A stretch of 43,691 bases of DNA, from assembly GCA_043813605.1 (NCBI GenBank), contig JBDRKX010000115.1, forward strand, positions 1-43,691. The letters are read 5' to 3'. Below, piece by piece: positions 21,585 to 33,484 of the stretch (the first letter of the stretch is position 1; each line of letters opens with the position of its first letter). The stretch is from Elusimicrobiota bacterium. Its GTDB lineage: Bacteria > CG03 > SLGR01 > JBDRKX01. The notes under the pieces were generated by a model. The model made no database searches. It was not told where the DNA came from and was given only the letters and a program-made list of their open reading frames with translations. Position numbers and translations under genes: made by a program.

Positions 21585-22285
21585 TTATCGGCTCCCTGCT
21601 TTCTGTAAGAAACAATATTGAATTGATCTTATTGTTTTTTTCGGGAAGTGTCATCATTAAATATCTGCAGGTCAGAGTATGGAACAGCAGTTCTGTATTT
21701 TTAATTTTATCGATTACGCTTTATATATATTTACTGACAGCTACATTGCGCGCACTATGTGATTATGAAGAAAACGGCTTATGGAAATGGTACGATTATA
21801 TTAGGGGGGGGATCTTTTATTTTCCTGTTATTGCAGTATGGATATTATTCGTTTTTGCTGTTTCAAAGATTATCAATATTGCAGTTAATAAGTTTGGCTC
21901 ATCTTTTATTCTTTCTTATGCCGGGATGCTGTTTCTGATAGGTGTAATATTTTTTACGGCTTTTATACCTGCAGCAAAAATCGCAGGCAGATCATTAAAG
22001 CAATCCGCAGAGTTTCAGGCCCGGCTTATCAGAAATAATCTTCTTCAATTACTGACTGCCGGGATCTACGTTTTTATTTTGGTACAATTAATGATGATGG
22101 GCACATATATGCTGATGGAAAATGCTTTTAGATTGAAAGGTACGGTTGCCGCCATTTTTATGGCCGCTGCCGGAGAACTTATCAGAAGCGCCACTGTTGT
22201 GGTCATATTGTCAACATTTGTAAAAATTGTATACGATCAATCGATAAAAAAAGATACAAATAATATAGAAAAACAAGAGCCGTAA
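21572..22285 (+). CDS. Hypothetical polytopic membrane protein (about 6 TM)
   Basis: Multiple long hydrophobic segments; overlaps the parB stop by 13 bp; no recognisable family motif. Confidence 0.7.
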   Translation: MQQIIIGSLLSVRNNIELILLFFSGSVIIKYLQVRVWNSSSVFLILSITLYIYLLTATLRALCDYEENGLWKWYDYIRGGIFYFPVIAVWILFVFAVSKIINIAVNKFGSSFILSYAGMLFLIGVIFFTAFIPAAKIAGRSLKQSAEFQARLIRNNLLQLLTAGIYVFILVQLMMMGTYMLMENAFRLKGTVAAIFMAAAGELIRSATVVVILSTFVKIVYDQSIKKDTNNIEKQEP

Positions 22286-22338
22286 ATAATGAGTAAAATC
22301 GGGATATAATACCATTAAACTATGAATAAAATGGAGGT

Positions 22339-23607
22339 ATGAAAATGGATGACGGATTGGATATCAACATCGGTTCCGGTAATCCTGAAGAAGATAAAAA
22401 AAAGCCGGAGATAGAAGAAGTTGCGAATTCACTGAATAAGAACGGCGATAATGAGGGCACAGAAATTATCACGGAAAGTGATATTGATGAAATAGGTTCG
22501 TTCGGTATAGAGGAGATCAGTGAAGAAAACATTAAAATACCGGACATAGAAAATGATGTACAGAAAAGTTTGGATATTCAGGAATTGAAGAATAAAATAG
22601 AAATACCTGAAATCAGTTTTTCCGATCCAGATTCTGATGTCCAGGAAGTTCCGCGTGAAGATCTCGGTGAGATCAAATCGGAAATACCCGAGATAGACCT
22701 TCTTGAAATTGACACGGTATCATCGGAAACAGATAATGCCGGGATATCATTAGATGGTGATCTGCCGGAATCAGGAATAGGCTTGGGTGAAGAAGATGAC
22801 AGTGAACTTGAGAAGATAGATCTTGGAAGTATCGATTTTGATGACGATAGTATTAAAACAGATGATAAAAATCAGGTTTTGGATCCGGATACAGATGAGA
22901 TCTTCCTCGAAGACATACCGGAAACGGGAAAACTTTCACAAGATGAATTAGATTCAGATATAGAATACCTGACTTCAGGTGAGCTGTCTTCATTATCCGA
23001 TATACCGGAAGCTGCAGATGCAGGTGAATCTGCTATTCCTGGTGAATTCGCGGAAAGTATCCCGGATGAGATACCGGCTGAACCTATTGATACGGGATCG
23101 GAAATTGAAGATATGCCGGGAGTTTCTTCGGGTGATAATGAAATTACAAAAGAAGAAGAAATTAAAAAGAAAAAAACAAAATTACTGATTATAATCCCTG
23201 CGGTACTCATTGCAGGCGGTATCGCGTATTTTATGGTATCAGGAAGGGCAAAGAAGGCGGAACCTGTACAAGTTAGACAACCCGTTAAACAGTCGATACC
23301 CGTAAAACCGGAACCAAAGCTGAAAGAGAAAGAAAGTCCGTATATATTTAATGAAGCAGAGAATACTAAGAAATACGCCAATGAGGGTATTACAACTTAT
23401 GTTTTTGATACTGCAGGAAGCATCGAAGAGGTGCAGAATTATTACCGGCAGAAGATGTTATTCATGGATTATAAACTTGCGACAAGTGATTATAAATCCG
23501 GTTCGACAAAAATGAAGCTGGTTTTTTCAAAAGAAGGCAAGGACTGCTCGGTATATCTCAGAGAAAGAAGAGAAAGAGTAGTAGGCGTAGTAAGCTACGT
23601 AGAATAA
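22339..23607 (+). CDS. Hypothetical bitopic membrane protein: long acidic N-terminal region, one TM, Pro-rich linker, small C-terminal domain
   Basis: GGAGG SD; about 275 D/E-rich residues, then KKKKTKLLIIIPAVLIAGGIAYFMV, PV..PV..P linker and a ~90-aa folded-looking C-terminus; TATAAT at 22305-22310. Confidence 0.8.
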   Translation: MKMDDGLDINIGSGNPEEDKKKPEIEEVANSLNKNGDNEGTEIITESDIDEIGSFGIEEISEENIKIPDIENDVQKSLDIQELKNKIEIPEISFSDPDSDVQEVPREDLGEIKSEIPEIDLLEIDTVSSETDNAGISLDGDLPESGIGLGEEDDSELEKIDLGSIDFDDDSIKTDDKNQVLDPDTDEIFLEDIPETGKLSQDELDSDIEYLTSGELSSLSDIPEAADAGESAIPGEFAESIPDEIPAEPIDTGSEIEDMPGVSSGDNEITKEEEIKKKKTKLLIIIPAVLIAGGIAYFMVSGRAKKAEPVQVRQPVKQSIPVKPEPKLKEKESPYIFNEAENTKKYANEGITTYVFDTAGSIEEVQNYYRQKMLFMDYKLATSDYKSGSTKMKLVFSKEGKDCSVYLRERRERVVGVVSYVE

Positions 23608-24330
23608 TTGTATTCGATTTTCATCGCAGATTTGCATTTGAGCATATCAGGTCCTCCTGAAAAGTACAGGAGTTTCATCGATTTTTTGGAATTTATAAAG
23701 AAAGACTGCAGTAACTTGTATATACTGGGAGATCTTTTTTCATACTGGTATGAACATAAAAAAATAGATTTCTATTCCGATAACCCGGTATTGAATGCTA
23801 TTGGCGATTTTGTTCAAAACGGGAAAAAAGCATATTTTATTGTAGGCAACAGGGATTTTGCAGCAGGGAAATTTTTTAAGCAGTATTCAAAAGTGGAATA
23901 TATAGGAGAAACACTGGATATACAAACTGGATCAGGGAAAAAGATATTTCTTACACATGGTGACATGTTTGCCAAAAAGGATATAAGGTATGCGATATGG
24001 AAGAAATTTATCAGATCACCATTCGCGTCATTCGCGTTCAAAAAGCTGCCGGTAGGATTTGCCATTAAAGTTGTAGAGATGTTTACGCGGGTAGGCCAGA
24101 GCAGACCGGAAAGAAAAAAAGCGATTGCGGAAGATATGTTAGATTTTGCGGTACCGTATTTCAGCAAAGGATATGATGCTATAGTGGCCGGGCATGCTCA
24201 TTTCGAGATAGACAGAAAAATCGGAATTGATGGCAGGGAAAAAGAGTTTCATATCCTGTCAGAATTTGAATTTCCGGGAAAATTCCTGATTTTGAACGAT
24301 TCCGGACTTGAATATATAAATCTGGGCTGA
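23608..24330 (+). CDS. lpxH: UDP-2,3-diacylglucosamine hydrolase (LpxH-like metallophosphoesterase)
   Basis: FIADLHL, LGDLF..W, GNRDF, HGD, GHAH calcineurin-like motifs; GNRD is LpxH-typical. Confidence 0.85.
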   Translation: MYSIFIADLHLSISGPPEKYRSFIDFLEFIKKDCSNLYILGDLFSYWYEHKKIDFYSDNPVLNAIGDFVQNGKKAYFIVGNRDFAAGKFFKQYSKVEYIGETLDIQTGSGKKIFLTHGDMFAKKDIRYAIWKKFIRSPFASFAFKKLPVGFAIKVVEMFTRVGQSRPERKKAIAEDMLDFAVPYFSKGYDAIVAGHAHFEIDRKIGIDGREKEFHILSEFEFPGKFLILNDSGLEYINLG

Positions 24331-24367
24331 AAATTTGCGGCCCGTATTGCGGAGCAGGCCGGTATAT

Positions 24368-24862
24368 CTATTCCGGAATGCTGCCGTCAGCGGCTGCAGG
24401 GCAAATATTATCTACTATCTCGCCGGGTTTGAACCAGAGCAGGATCTCTCTTTCCGCATCTTCCTGATTAGCAGAGGTGTGTATTACATTTTCATAGACA
24501 CCTGCGGTTGTAATCCTGCCGTATGAACCCCTTATAGATGTAGGCTCGGCTTCTTCAGGATTTGTGGCTCCTGCAAGTTCCCTGACTTTATGTATGGCAT
24601 TCTTGCCGCAATATACCAGTGCAAGTACCCTGTTATACCCTGTTCCATGAAGATCTCCCATAATATATTTTATCAATTCATCGAAGAAAGGTTTGCCGCG
24701 GAGGTGTGAGTAATGGTCTTTTGCAAGGTCTTCACTGACACGAACTACTTTTGCTCCTACTATCCTGAGCTGTGTTTCCGACAACTTTGTCAAAATATTT
24801 CCTGTGAGGGATTTTTTTAAACCGTCGGGCTTTATTATAACTAATGTTAATTCGTCGTTCAT
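24368..24862 (-). CDS. ndk: Nucleoside diphosphate kinase
   Basis: TLVIIKPDG, HY.H..GKPFF..L, R.LAGATNP..A.P.SIRG, NVIHTS (catalytic His), REI.LWF. Start placed at ATG 24862 (track gives 24880). Confidence 0.95.
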   Translation of the reverse strand: MNDELTLVIIKPDGLKKSLTGNILTKLSETQLRIVGAKVVRVSEDLAKDHYSHLRGKPFFDELIKYIMGDLHGTGYNRVLALVYCGKNAIHKVRELAGATNPEEAEPTSIRGSYGRITTAGVYENVIHTSANQEDAEREILLWFKPGEIVDNICPAAADGSIPE

Positions 24863-24929
24863 TGCATCTTTCAGGTTCATATCGCTTATTCAGGGCATAT
24901 ATCAAAAAAAAGAGGTGATGTCAAGATAA

Positions 24930-24958
24930 TTGACTTTACAATGCCATTCTTATAAAAT
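24930..24958 (+). promoter_or_regulatory. Putative sigma70 promoter for the V-ATPase operon
   Basis: TTGACT (24930-24935), 17-bp spacer, TAAAAT (24953-24958). Confidence 0.6.
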
Positions 24959-25102
24959 AAAATTTTACTATTATAATACGATAAAATACATTTCTATATA
25001 TGAGAAACCGGCATAAAAAATCCGGAGTACATGTGATTTTGTGCCAAATAAAGAGTTTTATTCTGTGATTGGGCACAAAAAGCGATTGCGAGGGAGCATG
25101 TT

Positions 25103-25420
25103 TTGATAAGGGAAACTATTGAAAAAATAAAACAGGCGGAAAAAGAATCCGACGAAAAACTGCGTTCTATAAGGGAAAAAGAATCTGAAAAAACCCGTGA
25201 ATTCAATGAAAACTGTGCTTCAGAATGGAAAAAAACCGAAGAAGAACTGGTCCGAGTAAAAGAAAAAACAATTAGAAAATTTGAAGAAGAAGCCGAAGAA
25301 GAGATTGCCCGTATCAAGGCCGGCGCCGAAAAGAACATAGCTGAAATAGAGAAGCTCATTTCAAAAAAAGAGGCGATCATTGAATCGGTAATCAGGGATT
25401 TTCTGGGCAAAGAACAGTAA
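25103..25420 (+). CDS. V/A-type ATPase peripheral stalk subunit G/H (NtpF-like)
   Basis: 105-aa E/K-rich coiled coil (I.KIKQAE..); first gene of the operon; GAGGGAG SD, TTG start. Confidence 0.8.
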   Translation: MIRETIEKIKQAEKESDEKLRSIREKESEKTREFNENCASEWKKTEEELVRVKEKTIRKFEEEAEEEIARIKAGAEKNIAEIEKLISKKEAIIESVIRDFLGKEQ

Positions 25421-25421
25421 A

Positions 25422-27837
<2,416 letters not shown>

Positions 27838-27840
27838 TAA

Positions 27841-28449
27841 ATGGAAAATAAAAAACTTCAGAATATCCTTGACGGGATTACTAAGGAAACGCAAAAAGAA
27901 GCGGATATAATAAGGATTGAAGCTGAGCGTGAAATTGAGCGTATGAGAGGCAAATTCGAAGATAAGAAGAAAAGACTGATTAATGAAAAAAAATCGGAAT
28001 TCAACAGGAATGGAGAGCTTATTAAAAAAGAAATGATCACACGGGAGAAACTGCGCGTAAAAAAACAGCTTTTGAATAAGAAGAGGGATCTGATCGAGGG
28101 TATTTTCGATAGGATCATGGAAATACTTAATAAATCAGATAAAAGCGAACTGCTGATTCCAATGGAGAAGCTCCTTGTAGAAACTGTTACTTCTAAAAAT
28201 GAGATCGTTCGTCCGGCAGAAGGGATATCCCCGGTAGATACCGGGTTTATAAGCGGACTCAACAGGAAATACGGATGGAAACTCAAACTGGGAGAAAAGA
28301 ACCCGGGCATAAGCGGTGGATTTGTGATCGAAGGCGAGAATTATGAGACAGTCGTTGACTGGGCGAACATAAAAGATCACATAAGAGAAACCTATGAAGA
28401 CATGGTTGCAAAAGAGCTTTTCGAAGGGAAACTTCGGAGGGAAACTTAG
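27841..28449 (+). CDS. ntpE: V/A-type ATPase subunit E
   Basis: N-terminal coiled coil, ISGGFVI motif, ends ..ELF; position after K. Confidence 0.88.
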   Translation: MENKKLQNILDGITKETQKEADIIRIEAEREIERMRGKFEDKKKRLINEKKSEFNRNGELIKKEMITREKLRVKKQLLNKKRDLIEGIFDRIMEILNKSDKSELLIPMEKLLVETVTSKNEIVRPAEGISPVDTGFISGLNRKYGWKLKLGEKNPGISGGFVIEGENYETVVDWANIKDHIRETYEDMVAKELFEGKLRRET

Positions 28450-28459
28450 AAGGAAAATT

Positions 28460-29368
28460 ATGGGTGAAGAATCAAACTATCTTTTCCTGACCGGCAAAGT
28501 GAGAGCTATGGAGAAAGAGCTTTTTGATCTGTCGAGGTACAGCAGGCTCATGGAACACAAAGATACAGAAAGCCTTGTAAATGACCTTGCAGATTCGCCT
28601 TACAGCGGTTTCATTACTGCAGAAGATTTTGAAAAAGGGCTGAGAGAATTTATTTACGATCGCTATGATTATTTCAGAAAAAAAATGGATGACTCCGCGG
28701 TTCTTGATATATTCATGATAAAAAATGATATCCTCAATTATATGAATTTTGAAAAAGGCATAAAAGAGGAAGACCTCTACGGACAGGGCGTTTTCAAAGC
28801 CGGATGGTGGAAGGAAGACCGCCAGCCGGTTTTTTTCAGGAAAGTCCGGGAAAGGATGTCTAAGATGACAAGGGCAAAGGACAAAGATGTCCCGGATGAA
28901 AATATCATAGAAAAAGTCTGCGTGGATATTGTTAATGAAACATACGCAGGCAGGATCAAAAGCCGGTTTATCGAAGGATACTGGAGCTGTACAATAGATA
29001 TAAAGAATCTTTTCATAAATCTTTACCGCCGTAATAGCGGGATATACCTTTCGGGCGGCAGTATTAATGAGAATTTCTGGCGGGATATAAATATTGAAGA
29101 AGAAATACCGCTCAAGCTGAAGGCCCAGCCTTATGCAGATAGGCTGTTTGCAGAAGAAGACCGCAGCAAATGGGATAATATTACCCGTACATGGCTGGGA
29201 CGGCTTATCCGGAAAATGCGCATGGTATCATTCGGGCCGGAGCCTGTCGTAGCGTATATGCTGAGTATTCTGGAAGAGGCGTTTAATCTCGGCATGATAA
29301 GAACAGGCTTGAATATGGGATTAGAGAACGTCCGGATAAAAGAGGGGCTAAGTCTTGCATACATCTGA
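28460..29368 (+). CDS. ntpC: V/A-type ATPase subunit C
   Basis: Y.F..GKVRAME..L, ID.KNL, FGPEPVVAY; operon position. Start reassigned to ATG 28460. Confidence 0.85.
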   Translation: MGEESNYLFLTGKVRAMEKELFDLSRYSRLMEHKDTESLVNDLADSPYSGFITAEDFEKGLREFIYDRYDYFRKKMDDSAVLDIFMIKNDILNYMNFEKGIKEEDLYGQGVFKAGWWKEDRQPVFFRKVRERMSKMTRAKDKDVPDENIIEKVCVDIVNETYAGRIKSRFIEGYWSCTIDIKNLFINLYRRNSGIYLSGGSINENFWRDINIEEEIPLKLKAQPYADRLFAEEDRSKWDNITRTWLGRLIRKMRMVSFGPEPVVAYMLSILEEAFNLGMIRTGLNMGLENVRIKEGLSLAYI

Positions 29369-29681
29369 TGACTACAGCATTATAGCGCTGGGGAGAGAGG
29401 ATTTTGTTATGCCGTTTGCATTAACAGGCATAAAGTCCAGCGTATTAGAGGATTTTGACAAAGCGGCAGGATATATATCCGGTTGCGATCTCAATAGAAC
29501 ATTGTTTATTATAGAAGAGGAGTTAATCAGTGGTCCCGCTGATCTTGAAAAAACTGAGGCGGCCGGTGTGAACATTGTGATAATGCGTTCCTGGGGCCGT
29601 TCGGTAATGGCTGAAAGGAAGATTCGGAATGCATCTATAAAAGCTCTCGGGATAGACCTTGCCAGTGAAAAAACAGAATGA
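29355..29681 (+). CDS. ntpG: V/A-type ATPase subunit F
   Basis: IIALG.EDFV.PF..TG, C-terminal KALGIDL; between C and A. Confidence 0.85.
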   Translation: MHTSDDYSIIALGREDFVMPFALTGIKSSVLEDFDKAAGYISGCDLNRTLFIIEEELISGPADLEKTEAAGVNIVIMRSWGRSVMAERKIRNASIKALGIDLASEKTE

Positions 29682-29696
29682 TACACGGAGGAGCTA

Positions 29697-31457
29697 ATGA
29701 GTGAAATAAAGGGTAGAGTAAAAAAGATCGCCGGTCCGCTCATAGTTGCGGAAGGCCTCGTCGGGGTTAAGATGAATGAAGTGGTAAGGGTTGGAAGTGA
29801 AAGACTGATAGGCGAAGTAGTGGAACTCCAGGGCAAATATGTTTCGATACAGGTTTATGAAGAAACGGCAGGCTTAAAACCCGGAGAAGAGATATTTTCT
29901 ACCGGCTCACCTTTGTCGGTAGAACTGGGCCCCGGTCTTATGGGAGCCATATTCGACGGTATTCAGAGACCATTGGATATAGTCATGGAAAAAACCGGGG
30001 ATTATATAGCAAGAGGAGTGGAAGTCGATTCGCTTGACAGGTCTATAAAATGGGATTTTAAAGCATATCTTCAAAAGGGGGATAATGTAGTTCCGGGTGT
30101 GATAATAGGTAATGTTCAGGAGACTACTATAATAGAACACCGTGTTATGGTCCCGCCCGGCATCGAAGGAAAAATAGAAAAAATCAGTTCAGGCAAATTT
30201 ACAGTTGAAGAAGAAATTGCCGTAATCATTGACAAAAAAGGCACAAAGCATAAAGTAAGCCTTATGCATAAATGGCCGGTCAGGATAAAAAGGCCGTATA
30301 AGCAAAAATTCCTGCCGTCGGAACCGCTTATTTCCGGCCAAAGAGTGATAGACACATTTTTTCCGATAGCAAAAGGCGGAGTGGCCTGCATTCCCGGGCC
30401 TTTCGGGAGCGGTAAGACAGTAGTCCAGCAGCAGCTTGCTAAATGGACTGACGCAGAAATCGTTGTATATATAGGTTGCGGAGAACGCGGAAACGAGATG
30501 ACTGACGTGCTTCAGGAGTTTCCGGAACTCGAGGATCCCAATACCGGCGAACCGCTTATAAAGAGAACGGTGCTTATCGCCAACACTTCGAATATGCCGG
30601 TTGCTGCGAGGGAGGCATCTATATATACGGGAACATCGATTGCAGAGTATTACCGGGATATGGGCTATACCGTTGCGCTCATGGCAGATTCGACTTCACG
30701 ATGGGCGGAAGCGTTGAGAGAGATGTCCGGCAGACTGGAAGAAATGCCGGGAGAAGAGGGGTATCCGGCGTATCTTGCCTCCAGGGTGGCTGAATTCTAT
30801 GAAAGAGCAGGAAGGGTCGAATGTCTGGGAAACGGAAGAGAGGGATCCTTGTCAATCATCGGAGCCGTATCTCCTCCGGGCGGCGATCTTTCCGATCCGG
30901 TTGTAAAGAACACTCTGAGGGTAGTAAAAGTATTCTGGGGCCTCGATGACAACCTTTCTTCGCAAAGGCACTTCCCGGCAATACACTGGCTCAGGTCTTA
31001 TTCATTGTATGTAAATAATGTAAGCGAGTATATGAGGAAACAGGTAGCTGATGATTTCGTAGAACTGAGAAACCGGGCGATGGCGATAATGCAGAAAGAG
31101 GAATCACTGCAGGAGATAGTAAGGCTTGTAGGCGAAGAATCATTGTCTGATGCGGACCGGCAGCTGCTTGATACGGCAAAAATGATCAGGGAAGATTTTC
31201 TGCAGCAGCATGCGTTTGATCCGGACGAAACATATACGCCCATCAAACAACAGTACCTGATGCTGAAGACCATAATCAGTTATCACGATCAGGCACTGGA
31301 AGCTATAGCGGGCAGCCGGGACTTCAATAGTCTATATTGTGCCGGTTTGAAAGAAAAAATTTCAAAGATGAAATATATATCCAAAGACAGCTTCGGGGAA
31401 TTTGACAGTTTGAACGATCAGATAAAAGAACATCTGAAAGGCATTAAGGAAATATGA
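29697..31457 (+). CDS. ntpA: V/A-type ATPase catalytic subunit A
   Basis: [10 protein letters not shown]-loop, [41 protein letters not shown]; no intein. Confidence 0.98.
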   Translation: MSEIKGRVKKIAGPLIVAEGLVGVKMNEVVRVGSERLIGEVVELQGKYVSIQVYEETAGLKPGEEIFSTGSPLSVELGPGLMGAIFDGIQRPLDIVMEKTGDYIARGVEVDSLDRSIKWDFKAYLQKGDNVVPGVIIGNVQETTIIEHRVMVPPGIEGKIEKISSGKFTVEEEIAVIIDKKGTKHKVSLMHKWPVRIKRPYKQKFLPSEPLISGQRVIDTFFPIAKGGVACIPGPFGSGKTVVQQQLAKWTDAEIVVYIGCGERGNEMTDVLQEFPELEDPNTGEPLIKRTVLIANTSNMPVAAREASIYTGTSIAEYYRDMGYTVALMADSTSRWAEALREMSGRLEEMPGEEGYPAYLASRVAEFYERAGRVECLGNGREGSLSIIGAVSPPGGDLSDPVVKNTLRVVKVFWGLDDNLSSQRHFPAIHWLRSYSLYVNNVSEYMRKQVADDFVELRNRAMAIMQKEESLQEIVRLVGEESLSDADRQLLDTAKMIREDFLQQHAFDPDETYTPIKQQYLMLKTIISYHDQALEAIAGSRDFNSLYCAGLKEKISKMKYISKDSFGEFDSLNDQIKEHLKGIKEI

Positions 31458-32821
31458 AGAGGGAATACTTTACTGTTAGAAGCATAGCGGGGCCTCTTTT
31501 TTATGTAGAAAAGACGGAGGATGTTGCTTACAGTGAAATTGCAATGATACAGCTTCCGTCGGGAGAGAACAGGCTCGGACAGGTACTGGAAGTGGATGAA
31601 GATGTGGTTCTCCTGCAGTTGTTTGCAGGTACTTCCGGTGCCAATCTTAACGGGTCGAGGGTGAAATTTCTCGGCAGGGGGCTGGAACTGCCTGTGGCAG
31701 AAGATATGCAGGGAAGGATATTCAACGGGTTGGGTATGCCGATAGACGGGGCAGGAGAAGTGATCGCTGAAAAGCGGCTGGATATTAACGGAGCAGCGAT
31801 AAACCCCTATGCAAGAAGCTATCCCGACGAATTCATAGAGACGGGCATATCAGCTATTGATGCCATGAATACTCTTGTCAGGGGGCAGAAACTTCCGATA
31901 TTTTCAGGAAGCGGCTTGCCTCATAATCAGATCGCTGCCCAGATCGCTAGGCAGGCCAAGGTTAAAGGGAAAAAGGAAGATTTCTGTGTGATATTTGCGG
32001 CAATGGGCATAACTTTTGAAGAAGCCGAATATTTTAAGAGTGAATTCCAGAAAACAGGAGCTATTGAAAGAGCGGTAATGTTTATTAACCTTGCGGATGA
32101 CCCTGCTATCGAGAGGCTAGCTACGCCGAGGATGGCTCTCACGGCGGCCGAGTATCTGGCTTTTGAAAAGGACTACCATGTGCTGGTTATTATGACCAAC
32201 ATGACCAACTATGCAGAGGCTTCAAGAGAGATATCGGCAGCAAGGAAGGAAATACCGGGCCGTCGCGGTTACCCGGGTTACATGTATACAGATCTGGCGA
32301 CAATATATGAAAGGGCCGGCCGGATAAAAGGAAAGACGGGATCAATTACCCAGATACCGATACTGACAATGCCTAACGATGACAAGACACACCCCATACC
32401 GGACCTTACGGGTTATATTACAGAAGGCCAGATCATAGTGTCCAGGGAACTTGAGCATGCGAATATATATCCGCCTATAGATGTACTGCCGTCGCTGTCG
32501 AGACTCAAACAGAAAGGTATAGGCGAAGGGAAAACGCGTGAAGACCATGACGCAGTAAGTTCGCAGCTTTTTGCGGCTTATGCAAGGGGCAAACAGGCCA
32601 AGGAACTTGCTATTATCCTGGGTGAAGCGGCACTTTCAGATACGGACAGGAAGTTTTCGGAGTTTGCTGATAGATATGAAAGGGACTATGTCGCTCAGGG
32701 GGAGTATGAAGACAGGAGTATTGAATACAGCCTGGATCTTGCGTGGAGCCTGCTGGCAATGCTGCCGAGGGAAGAATTAAAAAGAGTAAAGGAAGAGCAG
32801 ATAAAACGTTATATGAAATAA
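31454..32821 (+). CDS. ntpB: V/A-type ATPase subunit B
   Basis: [59 protein letters not shown]. Confidence 0.98.
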   Translation: MKREYFTVRSIAGPLFYVEKTEDVAYSEIAMIQLPSGENRLGQVLEVDEDVVLLQLFAGTSGANLNGSRVKFLGRGLELPVAEDMQGRIFNGLGMPIDGAGEVIAEKRLDINGAAINPYARSYPDEFIETGISAIDAMNTLVRGQKLPIFSGSGLPHNQIAAQIARQAKVKGKKEDFCVIFAAMGITFEEAEYFKSEFQKTGAIERAVMFINLADDPAIERLATPRMALTAAEYLAFEKDYHVLVIMTNMTNYAEASREISAARKEIPGRRGYPGYMYTDLATIYERAGRIKGKTGSITQIPILTMPNDDKTHPIPDLTGYITEGQIIVSRELEHANIYPPIDVLPSLSRLKQKGIGEGKTREDHDAVSSQLFAAYARGKQAKELAIILGEAALSDTDRKFSEFADRYERDYVAQGEYEDRSIEYSLDLAWSLLAMLPREELKRVKEEQIKRYMK

Positions 32822-32854
32822 TTCAGCGGCAATTGGATCAAAAATGAAAAGATA

Positions 32855-33484
32855 ATGGGAAATGTTTTAAATATAAACCCTAACAGGATGGAGTTGATGA
32901 AACTCTCTAAAAGGCATTCGCTGGCCATGAGGGGACACAGGCTGCTGAAGGATAAGCAGGATGAATTGATGGATATGTTTACAGAAGCAACAGTATATGC
33001 AAGAAAGTTGCGTCAAGGTATCGAAGAGCGGTATGAAGGTTTAAAGATGCCGTATTATCTGACGAGAACGGCCAGCGACAGCAGAGCGTTTATTACAAAT
33101 ACTGTCTATCCCCCGGTAAAGGCGGCCATAAGGGGTGCAAAATCACGGCTGATGAACCTGATTATACCGGAGTTTGAAGTTGAATTTACGGACAATACAG
33201 ACTATATGGGCAGTTATTTACATCCGCCAGTCATGCCGGGATTTATAAGAACATACATGGAGCTTGTAAAAGATATAATTGAACTGGCCAATGCTGAAAA
33301 AAAAATGTACATGATTGCCGAAGAACTGCAGAAAGTCAGAAGAAGGGTAAATGCACTTGAGTATATTTTTATCCCGAAACTTGAAGAAACCATCGAATAT
33401 GTGTCTATGCAGCTGGAAGAAATGGAAAGGGAAAATATTACAAGATTGATGAAAATAAAAGAAATTGTAAGGAGTAGGCGCTGA
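32855..33484 (+). CDS. ntpD: V/A-type ATPase subunit D
   Basis: NPNRMEL, RGH.LLKDK.DEL, RRRVNALEY..IP, LEEMERE...RL.K.K. Confidence 0.95.
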   Translation: MGNVLNINPNRMELMKLSKRHSLAMRGHRLLKDKQDELMDMFTEATVYARKLRQGIEERYEGLKMPYYLTRTASDSRAFITNTVYPPVKAAIRGAKSRLMNLIIPEFEVEFTDNTDYMGSYLHPPVMPGFIRTYMELVKDIIELANAEKKMYMIAEELQKVRRRVNALEYIFIPKLEETIEYVSMQLEEMERENITRLMKIKEIVRSRR

